Source of the DNA: Candidatus Eiseniibacteriota bacterium
Lineage (GTDB): Bacteria; Eisenbacteria; RBG-16-71-46; CAZAMP01
Assembly (NCBI GenBank): GCA_965224245.1
Contig: OZ245046.1
Span: forward strand, 2,976,001-3,040,000
Length of the DNA: 64,000 nt
Direction of reading: 5' to 3'
Shown here: positions 10,667 to 20,173 of the stretch, in pieces
Layout: every line of letters begins with the position of its first letter
How positions within the stretch are numbered: position 1 is the stretch's first letter
Program-made: the position numbers and the translations under genes
Notes under the pieces: generated by a model
What the model saw: only the letters and a program-made list of their open reading frames with translations
Told to the model about the DNA's origin: nothing
The model's database searches: none

Positions 10667-10673
10667 AGTCGAT

Positions 10674-12035
10674 CTACCAGTGGCGGATCATCTCCATGTA
10701 TGTCTTCGCATCGAAGTCGGGCGAGTTCGCCTGATCGTGGCAGCTCGTGCAGGTGTTGGCGGTGAGCAGCGTCTTGTCGCCCGGATGGAGCGTCCCCATC
10801 TGGTGACACGCCTCGCACTGCACGGCGGTGAGATCGGGCTTCATCGTGGCGCTCTGGAAGCCGGTCTTGGCGCCCTTGCCGGTGACGTGACAGGACACGC
10901 AGTCGTCGTTGGACTCCATGCCCATGTCGACCAGCGTGGCCCAGGCCCTCGCGTGCGGTCCCTGCTGCCACTTCTCGAACTCGGTCTGGTGGCACCGCGC
11001 GCACGTGTCGGCCCCGAGGAACCGATCGACCTCCTGCTGGTTCTGGAACTCGGCCTGCTTCGCCAGGCGCTCTTCCTTCTGAATCCGCTTGATCTCGGCG
11101 TCCATCTCGTTGACGAGCGTCTGGACGTGCGGATCCTTGCGCGCGGCCTTCTCGTCGAGCTGCTGCGAGCGTCCGTCGTACTGCACGACGGTGCCGGTCT
11201 CATCGACCTCCATCTCCAGCCACGCGATGTACTGCCCTCGCGTACCCGGCCGCACGATGATCGTGCTGCCGACGGTCGTGTGCGTGGCGCGCAGCCCGCC
11301 CCGGTGACCGAGCACGGCCACGTCGATGTCGGGTTGACGGCGCACGACCGAGTCGGTGAACGCCAGCTCCATCTGCGAGAGCAGCACGAGCACGTCGCAG
11401 CCCGCGTCCTTGAGGTCGCTCACGATGCGGTCGGCGCTGGTGAACACGTCGTCGGCGACCAGGGGCTGAGGCGCCTGGACCGCGCGTTCGACGACGTCGC
11501 TGTGCATCAGGCTGAAGATCCCGACCTTGTGGCCGTCCATCTCACGAATCGTGTACGGCTCGGACACGGGGGCCCGCACGCCGTTCCTCTCCGTGTAGAC
11601 GTTGCTCAGGAGCACCGCCGGCTGCCCCTCGGCCAGCTCCGCGAAGTGTTGCACGTCGCGGCGGAGCTCGCGCTCGCCGGGAGACACGGCGTCGTAGCCG
11701 ATGCGCTTCATCGTCTTGAAGATGAAGTCGGACTTGAGCTCGCCCCACGTGGGGTTCAGATCACCCCAGTTCCCCGCATCCACGACGAGGGTGTTCTCGG
11801 TGATCGCGCGAATCGAATCGACGAAGGTAGCCCGCCGGGCCAACCCACCTTTCTGGTTCTTCTTTCACCCGCACTCTTCGATCTCGCCGTTGTTCGAGGC
11901 CGTGGCGAGAACGTACATCTTGGTGACCTTGCCGGTGGGCTGTGCCGCCTGGGCGAAGTGAGGGCCGATCGCGAGCGTTCCGATCGCGAGGCCGCCGAGC
12001 GCGATCGCACTCAGCAGCGCGTGTGGCTTCTGCAC
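10674..12035 (-). CDS. Secreted UshA-like (5'-nucleotidase fold) selenoprotein with C-terminal tetraheme cytochrome c (c554-like) domain; Sec encoded by TGA at 11865-11867
   Basis: RBS GAAGGAG, GTG start 12035, signal peptide ...HFAQA; frame reads NNGEIEECG-TGA-KKNQKGGLARRATF directly into ORF 10674..11843; 4 CxxCH motifs (CARCH, CVSCH, CEACH, CTSCH); the neighbouring paralog has ECGC at the same position. Confidence 0.88.
11823..11864 (-). promoter_or_regulatory. Candidate bacterial SECIS element
   Basis: 3' of the UGA: AAGAAGAACCAGA-AAGGUGG-GUUGG-CCC-GGC-GGG-CUACCUU hairpin with a G-containing apical loop about 28 nt after the UGA. Confidence 0.65.
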
Positions 12036-12255
12036 GAGTTGAGCTCCTTCGTGAGAGACGAACGATCCGGATCATCTTCCCGGGTGGTTCGAAGCGTGCG
12101 ATACCCTATCAGAGCGCGGGCGTGCGAGTCGAGCGCCACCACCCGGTGGTGCGCCGACATCCGCCGCCGACGCCGACGCCGAACGTTAACAATCCAGATC
12201 GGCTCCTGGATCGCCCGCTCGGGCGTATTTACATGGCCTTTACGACGACCGCGGG

Positions 12256-13689
12256 TCACTCGGACCGGACCGGCTCGTCTCCGCCGGCCGGTCGGTGCAG
12301 GATCCTCGTCCAGTACGACGCCGGGTCGAACGCCGGGGAGTTCTCCGCGTCGTGACACCGCCGGCATCGCGACGGCTCCACCGGCGGAACGGCGCCCCGA
12401 TCCGGATGACCATCCGGCACGGCGTGACACGCCGCACACGCGACGCCTCGCGCCCGCGAGCGTCGCTCCGAGGCGCTGGCACCGTCCGGCTCATCGGTCA
12501 CCTCGCCCGCGCCGGCGTGATCCGGTGGCCCGGGCGAGGTATCGTGACAGCTCACACAGGCCGCCTCGTCGGGGAATCCTGCGTCCACGAGCGTCTCGAA
12601 TGCGCGGGCATGCCGCGTGGTGCGCCAGTGGGCGTGCTCCGTCTCGTGGCACGACGCACAGGCCGCGTCCCCGGACCCGGCGGGCGACCGCTCGGAACCG
12701 GCTCCCCGGGCGCGCGCCGCCGCTTCGAGCAGCTCCCGTCGGTGGGCGGCGGCCCGCCGGGCCTCGATCTCGCGTACCCAGCGGTACACGGCCACATCCT
12801 GGGGAAAGCTCTCCAGGAGACCGTGCGTCCGCCCCGCGACCTCGGCCAGGCCGGCGGCGTCCATGCGCAGGACCACCTCGGCCAGGTAGCGACCGCGATC
12901 GCCCGGATGAACGTACACGGTGCCGTCCGCGACCCCATGCGTCGGATCGGCGGGGGGCGAGTGGCTCGACACCACCACGTCGAATCCGGCACGGCGGCCG
13001 AGCGGTCGCACGTCGCGGTGCGGCACGTGGGCGAACAGGACGAGCGCATCCGCGCCCGCGGCGCGCATGTCGGTCGCCACGGCCCGAGCGGCCTCGGCCG
13101 GATCCCGGACCAGGAACCCACCGACCGGCGGCGGGAGCTCGTCGACGAGCCGGGGGGCGATCACCGACGAGACCCCGACCACGAGGTCCCCCATGGGAAC
13201 CAGCACGTACGGACGGAAGGCCGCCCGGACGCTGTCGCCGGACTCCCGGAACAGGTTCGCGTTCACGAAGGGAGGTCCGGCCGGGTCCTCGGCGGCGCCG
13301 CGGGCGAGCTCGAGCGGGCCCACGCCGGCTGCCCGGTAGCCTTCGCGGGCCAGGTACACCCGGATGGAATCGGAGACACCGATCGCATCGTCCCCGCGCA
13401 CGCTGAAGTCGCCGGCGTCGAGCAGGACGAGCTCGCCCCGGAGTCGCAGCGAGTCCACGAGCGCCGAGCGCCGCGCGAGCCCGCCCTGCGGGCCGGACCG
13501 GCACCCGCACTCGGCGATCTCGCCCGCGACGGCCGCCGTGACCGCGAAACGCGCCTCGCGATATCGACCGGCACCCGGCGGCGTGCGGGCGGCACACGCG
13601 AGCCACGAGCACGCGACCACGACCGCCGTGATCCTCGCCAGGCGGGCCGTTGCGGGCGCGCCGGCGCGCGACTCAGCCCTCCTGCTCAT
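12256..13689 (-). CDS. UshA-like CGC-motif protein with tetraheme cytochrome c domain (Cys paralog), probable lipoprotein
   Basis: GEIAECGCRSGPQGGLARR, LLDAGD, HPGDRGRY; CASCH, CVSCH, CAACH, CRRCH; N-terminal hydrophobic stretch with WLAC. Confidence 0.85.
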   Translation of the reverse strand: MSRRAESRAGAPATARLARITAVVVACSWLACAARTPPGAGRYREARFAVTAAVAGEIAECGCRSGPQGGLARRSALVDSLRLRGELVLLDAGDFSVRGDDAIGVSDSIRVYLAREGYRAAGVGPLELARGAAEDPAGPPFVNANLFRESGDSVRAAFRPYVLVPMGDLVVGVSSVIAPRLVDELPPPVGGFLVRDPAEAARAVATDMRAAGADALVLFAHVPHRDVRPLGRRAGFDVVVSSHSPPADPTHGVADGTVYVHPGDRGRYLAEVVLRMDAAGLAEVAGRTHGLLESFPQDVAVYRWVREIEARRAAAHRRELLEAAARARGAGSERSPAGSGDAACASCHETEHAHWRTTRHARAFETLVDAGFPDEAACVSCHDTSPGPPDHAGAGEVTDEPDGASASERRSRARGVACAACHAVPDGHPDRGAVPPVEPSRCRRCHDAENSPAFDPASYWTRILHRPAGGDEPVRSE

Positions 13690-16600
13690 AGAAGATCTCC
13701 GGCAGCGCCTTGACACCGATCCAGAACTGGTAGCTCACCGCCGACCCCAGGAGCTGTCGCGAGAAGCGCGCCTCCCAGCAGTGGAGATCGCGCACGATCG
13801 ACAGCGTCGAGCTCGTGACCTCCGTCTCTCGCAGATCGGCCGACAGGTTGTAGCGCACGCTCCACTTCGGGGTGACGGGAACGGTGAAGCTCCCGTTGGC
13901 CGTGCTCGTGTAGTTGCTGGGATCGGCGCCTCGCCGGTACGTGGCGCGGAGCGTGGCCGCCCAGGGCAGTCCGGGCTGCGCGCGTTCGCGATCGCCGAGG
14001 AGATCGCGACGGCGCTCCGGCACGTCCGACACGTCCTCGGCCAGGAAGTCCGATCCGGCGGGGAGCGCACCCGCGGTCTTGCCGCTGAGGCTCAGGTTGC
14101 CCGAGATCGACAGGCTGGTGAGTCCTTCGCCGTAGACACCCTGGGTCCCCGAGAAGTCGAGGTTGAACAGCCGGTGTGGCCGCAGACGTCCGCTGGCCGT
14201 GATCGGGGACCAGGGCTGCTCGTCGTCCTCGAAGTCGTAGCCCGAGGACAGGTTGATCGACATGAAGTCCTTCACCGTCCGGGGCTCGTCCTCGCCGGAG
14301 GCGAGCCTCGCATCGAAGCTGTTGTTCAGCGTCAGCGAGAGCCGGCGCGACAGTGACGAGCCGCCGAACGAGATGCCGCCCACGGACGGGAACCGGCTCC
14401 GGCGGATTCCGTCGTCGTCGACGTAGGAGCCGGCGGTGTTCTCGGGCGTGTACGTGAACGTGGCGGCCGGCTGCATCACGTGACGAAGCGCCACGATGGG
14501 CCCCACTCGGCGGTTGAACGTGCCGTAGACGGTCGTGCTGGTGCGCGCGCCCGCGGACCAGCGTCCGGCGCGTTGCCACTTCTCGCCCCGGTTGTCCTCA
14601 TCGAACAGGAACTCCGAGTAGCTGAAGCGAGGCGACACCGCGAGCGGTCCCAGGCTGCGGTTGTCGGAGACGTCGACGTTGTGACGGGCGGCGAACGCCG
14701 CGGAGGCGGGGCCCTCCTCGATCTCCTGCTCGATGCGCGACGCCCGGAACGCGTATCCCCAGCGCATCGTGCTCAGCAGCGGCAGGAAGCCGCCGTCGCG
14801 TCCCGAAGCCTCGCGCCCGATCGGACGCTGGCTGAGGCTGAACGACACCGTCGGGAGCGTGTTCGTGACCGCGACGCGGCCGGAGTCGGCCTCGAGGTCC
14901 TGCGTGCGCGACAGGTTCAGCCCCAGCGACGCACCGGTCCACCGGCGTGAATAGGCGAGGTTGGACGTGAGCACGCGATCCACCTGCTGCTCGATGTTCT
15001 CGCCGAGGCCCTGGTCCAGAAGAAACCGGCTGCTGCTGACGAAGTTCGCGTCCACGGTCAGCGTTTGATCCGGTCCGAGATCCTGCGCGTGCCGGGCGCG
15101 GAACTCCCAGTCCCGGCTGCGCGGCTCGGCGTCGGTGTAGAACCGCTCGCGCGGGGGGCCCTCGGCCGACAGCGAGGTGTACACGGCGCCTTCGAAGGCG
15201 TGCGTGAGCTTGTAGCGCGTGTCCAGGTACCCGATCCAGCGGGGGCCCTGGGCGCGGGAGCCCGAGAAGCCGGGCGCCTCGAAGTCGACCCACGCACTGA
15301 GATCCGCGTAGTCGCTGAACGCCCAGTAGTAGCCGACGTTCCGGAGATAGCGACGCCGGTCGTCGATGCCGATCTCGTAGCCGAAGCGCAGCCAGCCCGA
15401 GCGCCGTCCGCGCTCGATCGGAAACAGGAAGTACGGAACGGCGAGAATGGGAATGTCGGCGACGTGCAGCACCACCGGCCGTCCCACGACCTTGTCCTTC
15501 AGCCGGATGCGCACCTGGGGGATCAGGAAGTGGAAGTGCGGGTCGTCACGATCGCAGGTGGAGTACTTGCAGCTCTCGACGTAGAGTGTCTCGTCGTCGA
15601 TCTTCTTGATGCGACGTCCCTGGAAGTAGCCGCCGTCGAGCTCCGTCTTGCCGTGATGCACCACCCCCTGCTTGGCCTCGACGTCGTAGTCCATGGCGAC
15701 GCCGGTGACCACGCCGCCGGGATCCTCGAGCGACGGCTCCTCCGAGGCGACGATGGTCTGGTTCCGGGTGTCGAAGACGACGCGGCCGGCGCGCAGCCAC
15801 GCGTCCTGGTACTGCACGGACGCGGCGTCGCTCAGCATCAGGTCGCGAGTGGTCATGTCGTAGGTGACCTCCTCGGCCGCGTACGTGACCTCGTCCATGC
15901 CCCCGGGAAACAACGAGTCGGGCGGGACGACCGACTCGAGGGGCGCGATGCGGGCCGCCCAGGCCACCGAGTCCGAGACCGCGGAATCGGGCGTGGCGAC
16001 GACCGGCTCCGGCTTCGCCGCGAAGACGTCGCCGAGTCGCAGCACGCTCACCGAGTCCGCTCCGGCGCTCTGGCGGCCGGGCTCCAACGCATCTCCGATC
16101 GAGACCGAATCGGGCGCAGCTCCCGGGCCGGACGCCTCCCGGCCCAGCGGCGGGCCGGCGTCGCCCGGCGGGGCGGCGCCGGACCCGGCGTCGGCCGTCT
16201 CGCCGGCATCCGTGCCGGACATTGCGCCGGCGTCCGTGCCGGGCATTGCGCCGGTGTCGGCATCGGGCGGCGTGCCGGCGTCGGTGTCGGGCGTCGCGCC
16301 GGCGTCGGTGTCGGGCGGCGGCGTGTCGCGCTGCTCGTCCGTCGCCGGAGATCCTTCCTCCTCGCCGGGCTCGATCCCATCCGCGGCGCCGCGATCCCGC
16401 GCGCGATCCCGCGCGCGATCGCGCGCGGGTTCTGCCGTCGCCGCCGTGTCGGGTACCGCCGGGGCCGTGCCGTTCTCCGCCGCGAACCAGTAGCGGCCGG
16501 TCGCGTTCCCCTCCAGGATCACCGTCGACACCTGCCCCTCGTGGAACAGGAGCCGGATGCGATCGGCGTCCGCGTGATTGGCGCCCGTGCCGAGGGCCAG

Positions 16601-17719
16601 GTCGAACGGGGACGGCGTGTAGTCGCTCGTCGCGTTCCCCTCGAGCTGGAGGCTGTCCATCACGCCCTCCGAGAAGTGCGCGACGGCGTCGTCACCGTAG
16701 GCGATCGTGCGCTCGCCGCGCTTCTGCCCGGTCTTGGGCTCCTGACGGACGATCACGCGTCCGTGCGCCTCGAGGCGCTCGATCTCCTGATTCCGGTGGA
16801 ACACGACGAGCGTGTCGGCGCGGATGTTCGCCACGGGGTCCCAGGCCTCGGGCGATCCGGTGAGCCGGACGTAGCCGGCGTCCTCGTCGAGGAGCGCGTG
16901 GTCGGCCCGCGCCTGCACGTCGCCCTGCCAGATCCGGACGGTGCGGAGCGCCTCGGCCCGGGCCGCCTGACGGGCCAGCCGGAGCTCCTCGGCCCGCACG
17001 CGGAGCGGCCGGGTGGTGCCGTCGCTCGTGGTCTGGAGGATGGGGTCGCCGGTGACGATGGTCAGGTCGGTGTCGGCGTTGTAGACCATGCGCTCGCCGG
17101 TCACGCGGGAGCCGGACTCGACGTCCCGGGCCACGACGTCCACGCGCGCCACCGCCACCCCCGACGCTCGGTCGTAGTCCAGGCGACGCGCCGTGATCGT
17201 GCCCACCGTGTCGGCCACCGTCACGTGCCCCCACATCCTGACACGCTCCTCGTCGCGCCACACGTGGGCGGTGTCGGCCTCCGCCCGGAAGAGGCCGTCG
17301 TGAGCGCGCACGTCGCCGACCAGCACCGCGAACGCGTTCCGGCGGTGGTAGACGAGGCTGTCGCAGCGGACGGTCGAGGAGCCCTCGACCAGGAGGACGT
17401 GCCCCACGAGCGTGGCGATCTCGCGCCGGTTGTCCCAGCGCCCGCGATCGGCGGTGACGGTGAGGGAGTCGTGCGTGATCCGGACGTCGACGAGCTCGCC
17501 GACGTCCGCAGCGCCGCGGGAGCCCCTGAACGTGTCGGCCTCGATCGTCCAGGATCGTTCCGAGCGCTGGGCGGCGAACACATCGCCGATCGCGCCGATC
17601 CAGAGCGCCGCCACCACGCCGAGGAGCGTCGCGCGCGCGCGACGCCTCGCACACGCGGCCCTCCGGGCACGGTCGCGCTCGGGGTGGCGGCGGTCGGTCG
17701 AACGAAGACGCTGGATCAT
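13673..17719 (-). CDS. lptD: LptD-like LPS assembly outer-membrane protein with an extended N-terminal OstA/LptA-like beta-jellyroll region
   Basis: Repeated ADT/ADR-type beta-jellyroll segments; YSTCDRDDPHFHF, PVVLHVADIPILAVPYFLFP, RSGW, C-terminal RDLHCWE; start at ATG 17719 inferred. Confidence 0.8.
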   Translation of the reverse strand: MIQRLRSTDRRHPERDRARRAACARRRARATLLGVVAALWIGAIGDVFAAQRSERSWTIEADTFRGSRGAADVGELVDVRITHDSLTVTADRGRWDNRREIATLVGHVLLVEGSSTVRCDSLVYHRRNAFAVLVGDVRAHDGLFRAEADTAHVWRDEERVRMWGHVTVADTVGTITARRLDYDRASGVAVARVDVVARDVESGSRVTGERMVYNADTDLTIVTGDPILQTTSDGTTRPLRVRAEELRLARQAARAEALRTVRIWQGDVQARADHALLDEDAGYVRLTGSPEAWDPVANIRADTLVVFHRNQEIERLEAHGRVIVRQEPKTGQKRGERTIAYGDDAVAHFSEGVMDSLQLEGNATSDYTPSPFDLALGTGANHADADRIRLLFHEGQVSTVILEGNATGRYWFAAENGTAPAVPDTAATAEPARDRARDRARDRGAADGIEPGEEEGSPATDEQRDTPPPDTDAGATPDTDAGTPPDADTGAMPGTDAGAMSGTDAGETADAGSGAAPPGDAGPPLGREASGPGAAPDSVSIGDALEPGRQSAGADSVSVLRLGDVFAAKPEPVVATPDSAVSDSVAWAARIAPLESVVPPDSLFPGGMDEVTYAAEEVTYDMTTRDLMLSDAASVQYQDAWLRAGRVVFDTRNQTIVASEEPSLEDPGGVVTGVAMDYDVEAKQGVVHHGKTELDGGYFQGRRIKKIDDETLYVESCKYSTCDRDDPHFHFLIPQVRIRLKDKVVGRPVVLHVADIPILAVPYFLFPIERGRRSGWLRFGYEIGIDDRRRYLRNVGYYWAFSDYADLSAWVDFEAPGFSGSRAQGPRWIGYLDTRYKLTHAFEGAVYTSLSAEGPPRERFYTDAEPRSRDWEFRARHAQDLGPDQTLTVDANFVSSSRFLLDQGLGENIEQQVDRVLTSNLAYSRRWTGASLGLNLSRTQDLEADSGRVAVTNTLPTVSFSLSQRPIGREASGRDGGFLPLLSTMRWGYAFRASRIEQEIEEGPASAAFAARHNVDVSDNRSLGPLAVSPRFSYSEFLFDEDNRGEKWQRAGRWSAGARTSTTVYGTFNRRVGPIVALRHVMQPAATFTYTPENTAGSYVDDDGIRRSRFPSVGGISFGGSSLSRRLSLTLNNSFDARLASGEDEPRTVKDFMSINLSSGYDFEDDEQPWSPITASGRLRPHRLFNLDFSGTQGVYGEGLTSLSISGNLSLSGKTAGALPAGSDFLAEDVSDVPERRRDLLGDRERAQPGLPWAATLRATYRRGADPSNYTSTANGSFTVPVTPKWSVRYNLSADLRETEVTSSTLSIVRDLHCWEARFSRQLLGSAVSYQFWIGVKALPEIFYEQEG
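16201..16322 (-). repeat. Degenerate 24-bp tandem repeat (about 5 copies) inside the lptD linker
   Basis: Encodes PDTDAGAT-PDTDAGTP-PDADTGAM-PGTDAGAM-SGTDAGET; nearby 12-bp gcgatcccgcgc repeats (16391-16426) encode RDRA x3. Confidence 0.8.
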
Positions 17720-17912
17720 GCGGCCATCTACGCTTCGAGGTGTCGGTCGATCGAGACGCGGGGGTCCGCGCCGTCGGACGGAGCGCGAGCGCTGGGACGA
17801 TACCCGGCCGGGGCCCAGAGCGCGACCCTCCTCGACACCGCACCGGTGAGACGCGTCGATCCCGCTGCCGGTTCCGCACCGTCGAAGGCGCGGCCCGCTC
17901 CGCCGGGCCGCC

Positions 17913-18857
17913 TCAGCGGACCGCGAACTCGTTCGCGTACATCGCCGCGCCGATCGCGCCGGCCTCGGCTCCGAACGCGGACGGCACCACACGCGGCTTC
18001 TGATCGGTGGGCGCCATCGTGTGCGCGTGCACCGCCTCGGCGACCGGCCCGAGCAGCACGTCCCCCGCGCGGGCCACACCCCCACCGATCACCACGCGAT
18101 CGACGCTCAGGAGATTGCAGACCCCGGCGAGCGCGATGCCGAGGATGCGCCCGGTCTCGTCGAACGCCCTCCGCGCGGCCCAGTCGCCGCCGGCGGCGGC
18201 CTCGGCGATGCGCTTGGGGGTCAGCGCGTCGATCTCCGACCCGAGAATGCTCTCGGCGCCGCTCTCGACGAGACGCCGCGCCCGCTCCACGATCCGCGCG
18301 TTGCCCACGAACATCTCGAGACACCCCCGTCCACCGCACGGGCAGCGCGGCCCGTCCACGTCGACGCACATGTGACCGATCTCGCCCGCGGTGCCGAACG
18401 CACCCCCGAAGAGTCGACCGCCGGCCACGATGGCGCCGCCGACGCCGGTGCCGAGCGTGACGTACAGCCCGCACCGCGCGCCGTGCCCGGCGCCCAGCGC
18501 GGCCTCGCCGAACGCGAACGCGTCGGCGTCGTTGATCAGGGTGACCGGCAGGCCGGCGGCCTCGGCCAGGAGATCGCGCAGCGGCACGTCGCGCCAGCTC
18601 GGGAGATTCGGGGAGAGGCCGACGATGCCGCGCTCGACGTCGATGAGCCCGGCGCACCCGACCCCGATCGCGGTGGCCTCGGAGCCGGCGAGCTCGGCGA
18701 CCTCGGCCACGGCGGCGGCCAGCTCGGCGATCAGCCGGTCGACGTCCTCGCCGGAGCCGGTGGGCACGCTACGGGTCAGCCGGACCCCGTCCGCCGGCGC
18801 CATGGCGACCAGCTTCACGTGCGTGCCGCCGACGTCCATGCCGACGACGAGGCTCAC
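17913..18857 (-). CDS. ROK family sugar kinase (glucokinase-like)
   Basis: GMDVGGT, NDADA, TLGTGVGG, GEIGHM, CPCGGRGCLE; GTGA overlap with the folC stop. Confidence 0.9.
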   Translation of the reverse strand: MSLVVGMDVGGTHVKLVAMAPADGVRLTRSVPTGSGEDVDRLIAELAAAVAEVAELAGSEATAIGVGCAGLIDVERGIVGLSPNLPSWRDVPLRDLLAEAAGLPVTLINDADAFAFGEAALGAGHGARCGLYVTLGTGVGGAIVAGGRLFGGAFGTAGEIGHMCVDVDGPRCPCGGRGCLEMFVGNARIVERARRLVESGAESILGSEIDALTPKRIAEAAAGGDWAARRAFDETGRILGIALAGVCNLLSVDRVVIGGGVARAGDVLLGPVAEAVHAHTMAPTDQKPRVVPSAFGAEAGAIGAAMYANEFAVR

Positions 18858-20173
18858 GACGCGGCCCCCGACGGCGTCCGGCGAGCGCCCGCGGCGATCG
18901 GCGTCGCCCGCGGGATGATCGGCGCGATGCCCAGATCCGACATCGCCTGCCCGACCGTGAACAGCGATCCCGTCACGAGCACCGGCATCGTCGTCGGCGA
19001 CTCCGCGATCGCCGTCCGGACCGCTCGGCCCGGCACGGGCTCGACGAGACAGCGAAACCCGCGCGCCCGGCAGAGCTCGGCCATGTCCGCGGCCTCGAGA
19101 CGGCGCTCGGGGTGCCCGGGCGTGGTGACCACGAGGAGCTCGGCCCAGCCCGAGAGCACGTCCAGGACGGGATCGTGCGGCTTGTCGGCGAGCATGCCGA
19201 ACACCATCACCGGACGGAGGTCGCCGTACCGGGCCCTCCACAGCCGCTGGATGGCCGCAATGCCCGCCGCGTTGTGCGCGACGTCGAAGATGACGTCGCG
19301 GCCGTCGACCGGGCGCCGGTCGAACCGGCCGGGCCAGCGCGCGGTGGCCAGCCCGATCCGACGGGCCTCGTCGGGTACCTCGAACGCGGTGTCGCCGAGG
19401 CGATCGATCAGCGAGAGAGCCAGCGCGGCGTTCTCGGCCTGGTGGTCGCCGGGGAGCGAGAGCGCGTACCGGCGCCGATCGGGACCGAAGACGAGGCCGG
19501 TGTCGGTGGGCTCGAAGTCCGATCCGCGATCCACGAACGTAAGATCGGCGCCCCGTGCCAGCGCGATCGCCTGCAGGACCGCCCGCGCCGCGGGCTGCGT
19601 GGCGGTGGACACGACCGGCGCCCGCTTGATGATGCCGCCCTTCTCGCGCGCGATGTCCGCGATCGTGTCCCCGAGGATGCGCGTGTGCTCGAGACCCAGC
19701 GAGGCGATGGCCGAGCCGATCGGCTCGATCACGTTGGTGGCGTCGAGGCGCCCCCCGAGTCCGACCTCGAAGACCGCCACGTCGACGCCGGTCCGCGCGA
19801 ACGCCTCGAACGCCAGCATCGTCGTGGCCTCGAAGAACGAGGCGTCGACGCTCTCCAGCGCGGGGCGGATCTCGTCGAGGACGACGGCCAGCATTCCCTC
19901 GTCCGCCGGATCGCCGTTCACGCGAACGCGCTCGGCGAACGACACCAGGTGCGGCGACGTGTTGAGGCCGACGCGAAAGCCCGCCGCCTCGAGCATGGCC
20001 GCCAGGAACGCGGCGGTGGAGCCCTTGCCGTTGGTCCCGGCCACGTGGAGGCTCGCGTAGCGTCGCTCGGGATGGCCGAGCCGGTCGCAGAGCGCCACCA
20101 TGCGCTCGAGGTCGTACTTGATTCCCTGGCGGCGCAGCGACGTGATCGCGCGCTCGAACTCGGTGAGACTCAT
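18854..20173 (-). CDS. folC: Folylpolyglutamate synthase/dihydrofolate synthase
   Basis: HVAGTNGKGST, TSPHL, EVGLGGRLDATNV, EKGGI, WPGR, DVAHN, TGSLF; ATGA overlap with accD. Confidence 0.95.
   Translation of the reverse strand: MSLTEFERAITSLRRQGIKYDLERMVALCDRLGHPERRYASLHVAGTNGKGSTAAFLAAMLEAAGFRVGLNTSPHLVSFAERVRVNGDPADEGMLAVVLDEIRPALESVDASFFEATTMLAFEAFARTGVDVAVFEVGLGGRLDATNVIEPIGSAIASLGLEHTRILGDTIADIAREKGGIIKRAPVVSTATQPAARAVLQAIALARGADLTFVDRGSDFEPTDTGLVFGPDRRRYALSLPGDHQAENAALALSLIDRLGDTAFEVPDEARRIGLATARWPGRFDRRPVDGRDVIFDVAHNAAGIAAIQRLWRARYGDLRPVMVFGMLADKPHDPVLDVLSGWAELLVVTTPGHPERRLEAADMAELCRARGFRCLVEPVPGRAVRTAIAESPTTMPVLVTGSLFTVGQAMSDLGIAPIIPRATPIAAGARRTPSGAAS

Noticed and set aside
11865-11867. 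In-frame TGA read as a pseudogene nonsense mutation
   Set aside because: It aligns with Cys in the paralog's CGC motif and is followed by a SECIS-like hairpin, so Sec is the better explanation.
16201-16426. Tandem repeats considered as a CRISPR array
   Set aside because: In-frame degenerate coding repeats with no spacers and no cas genes.
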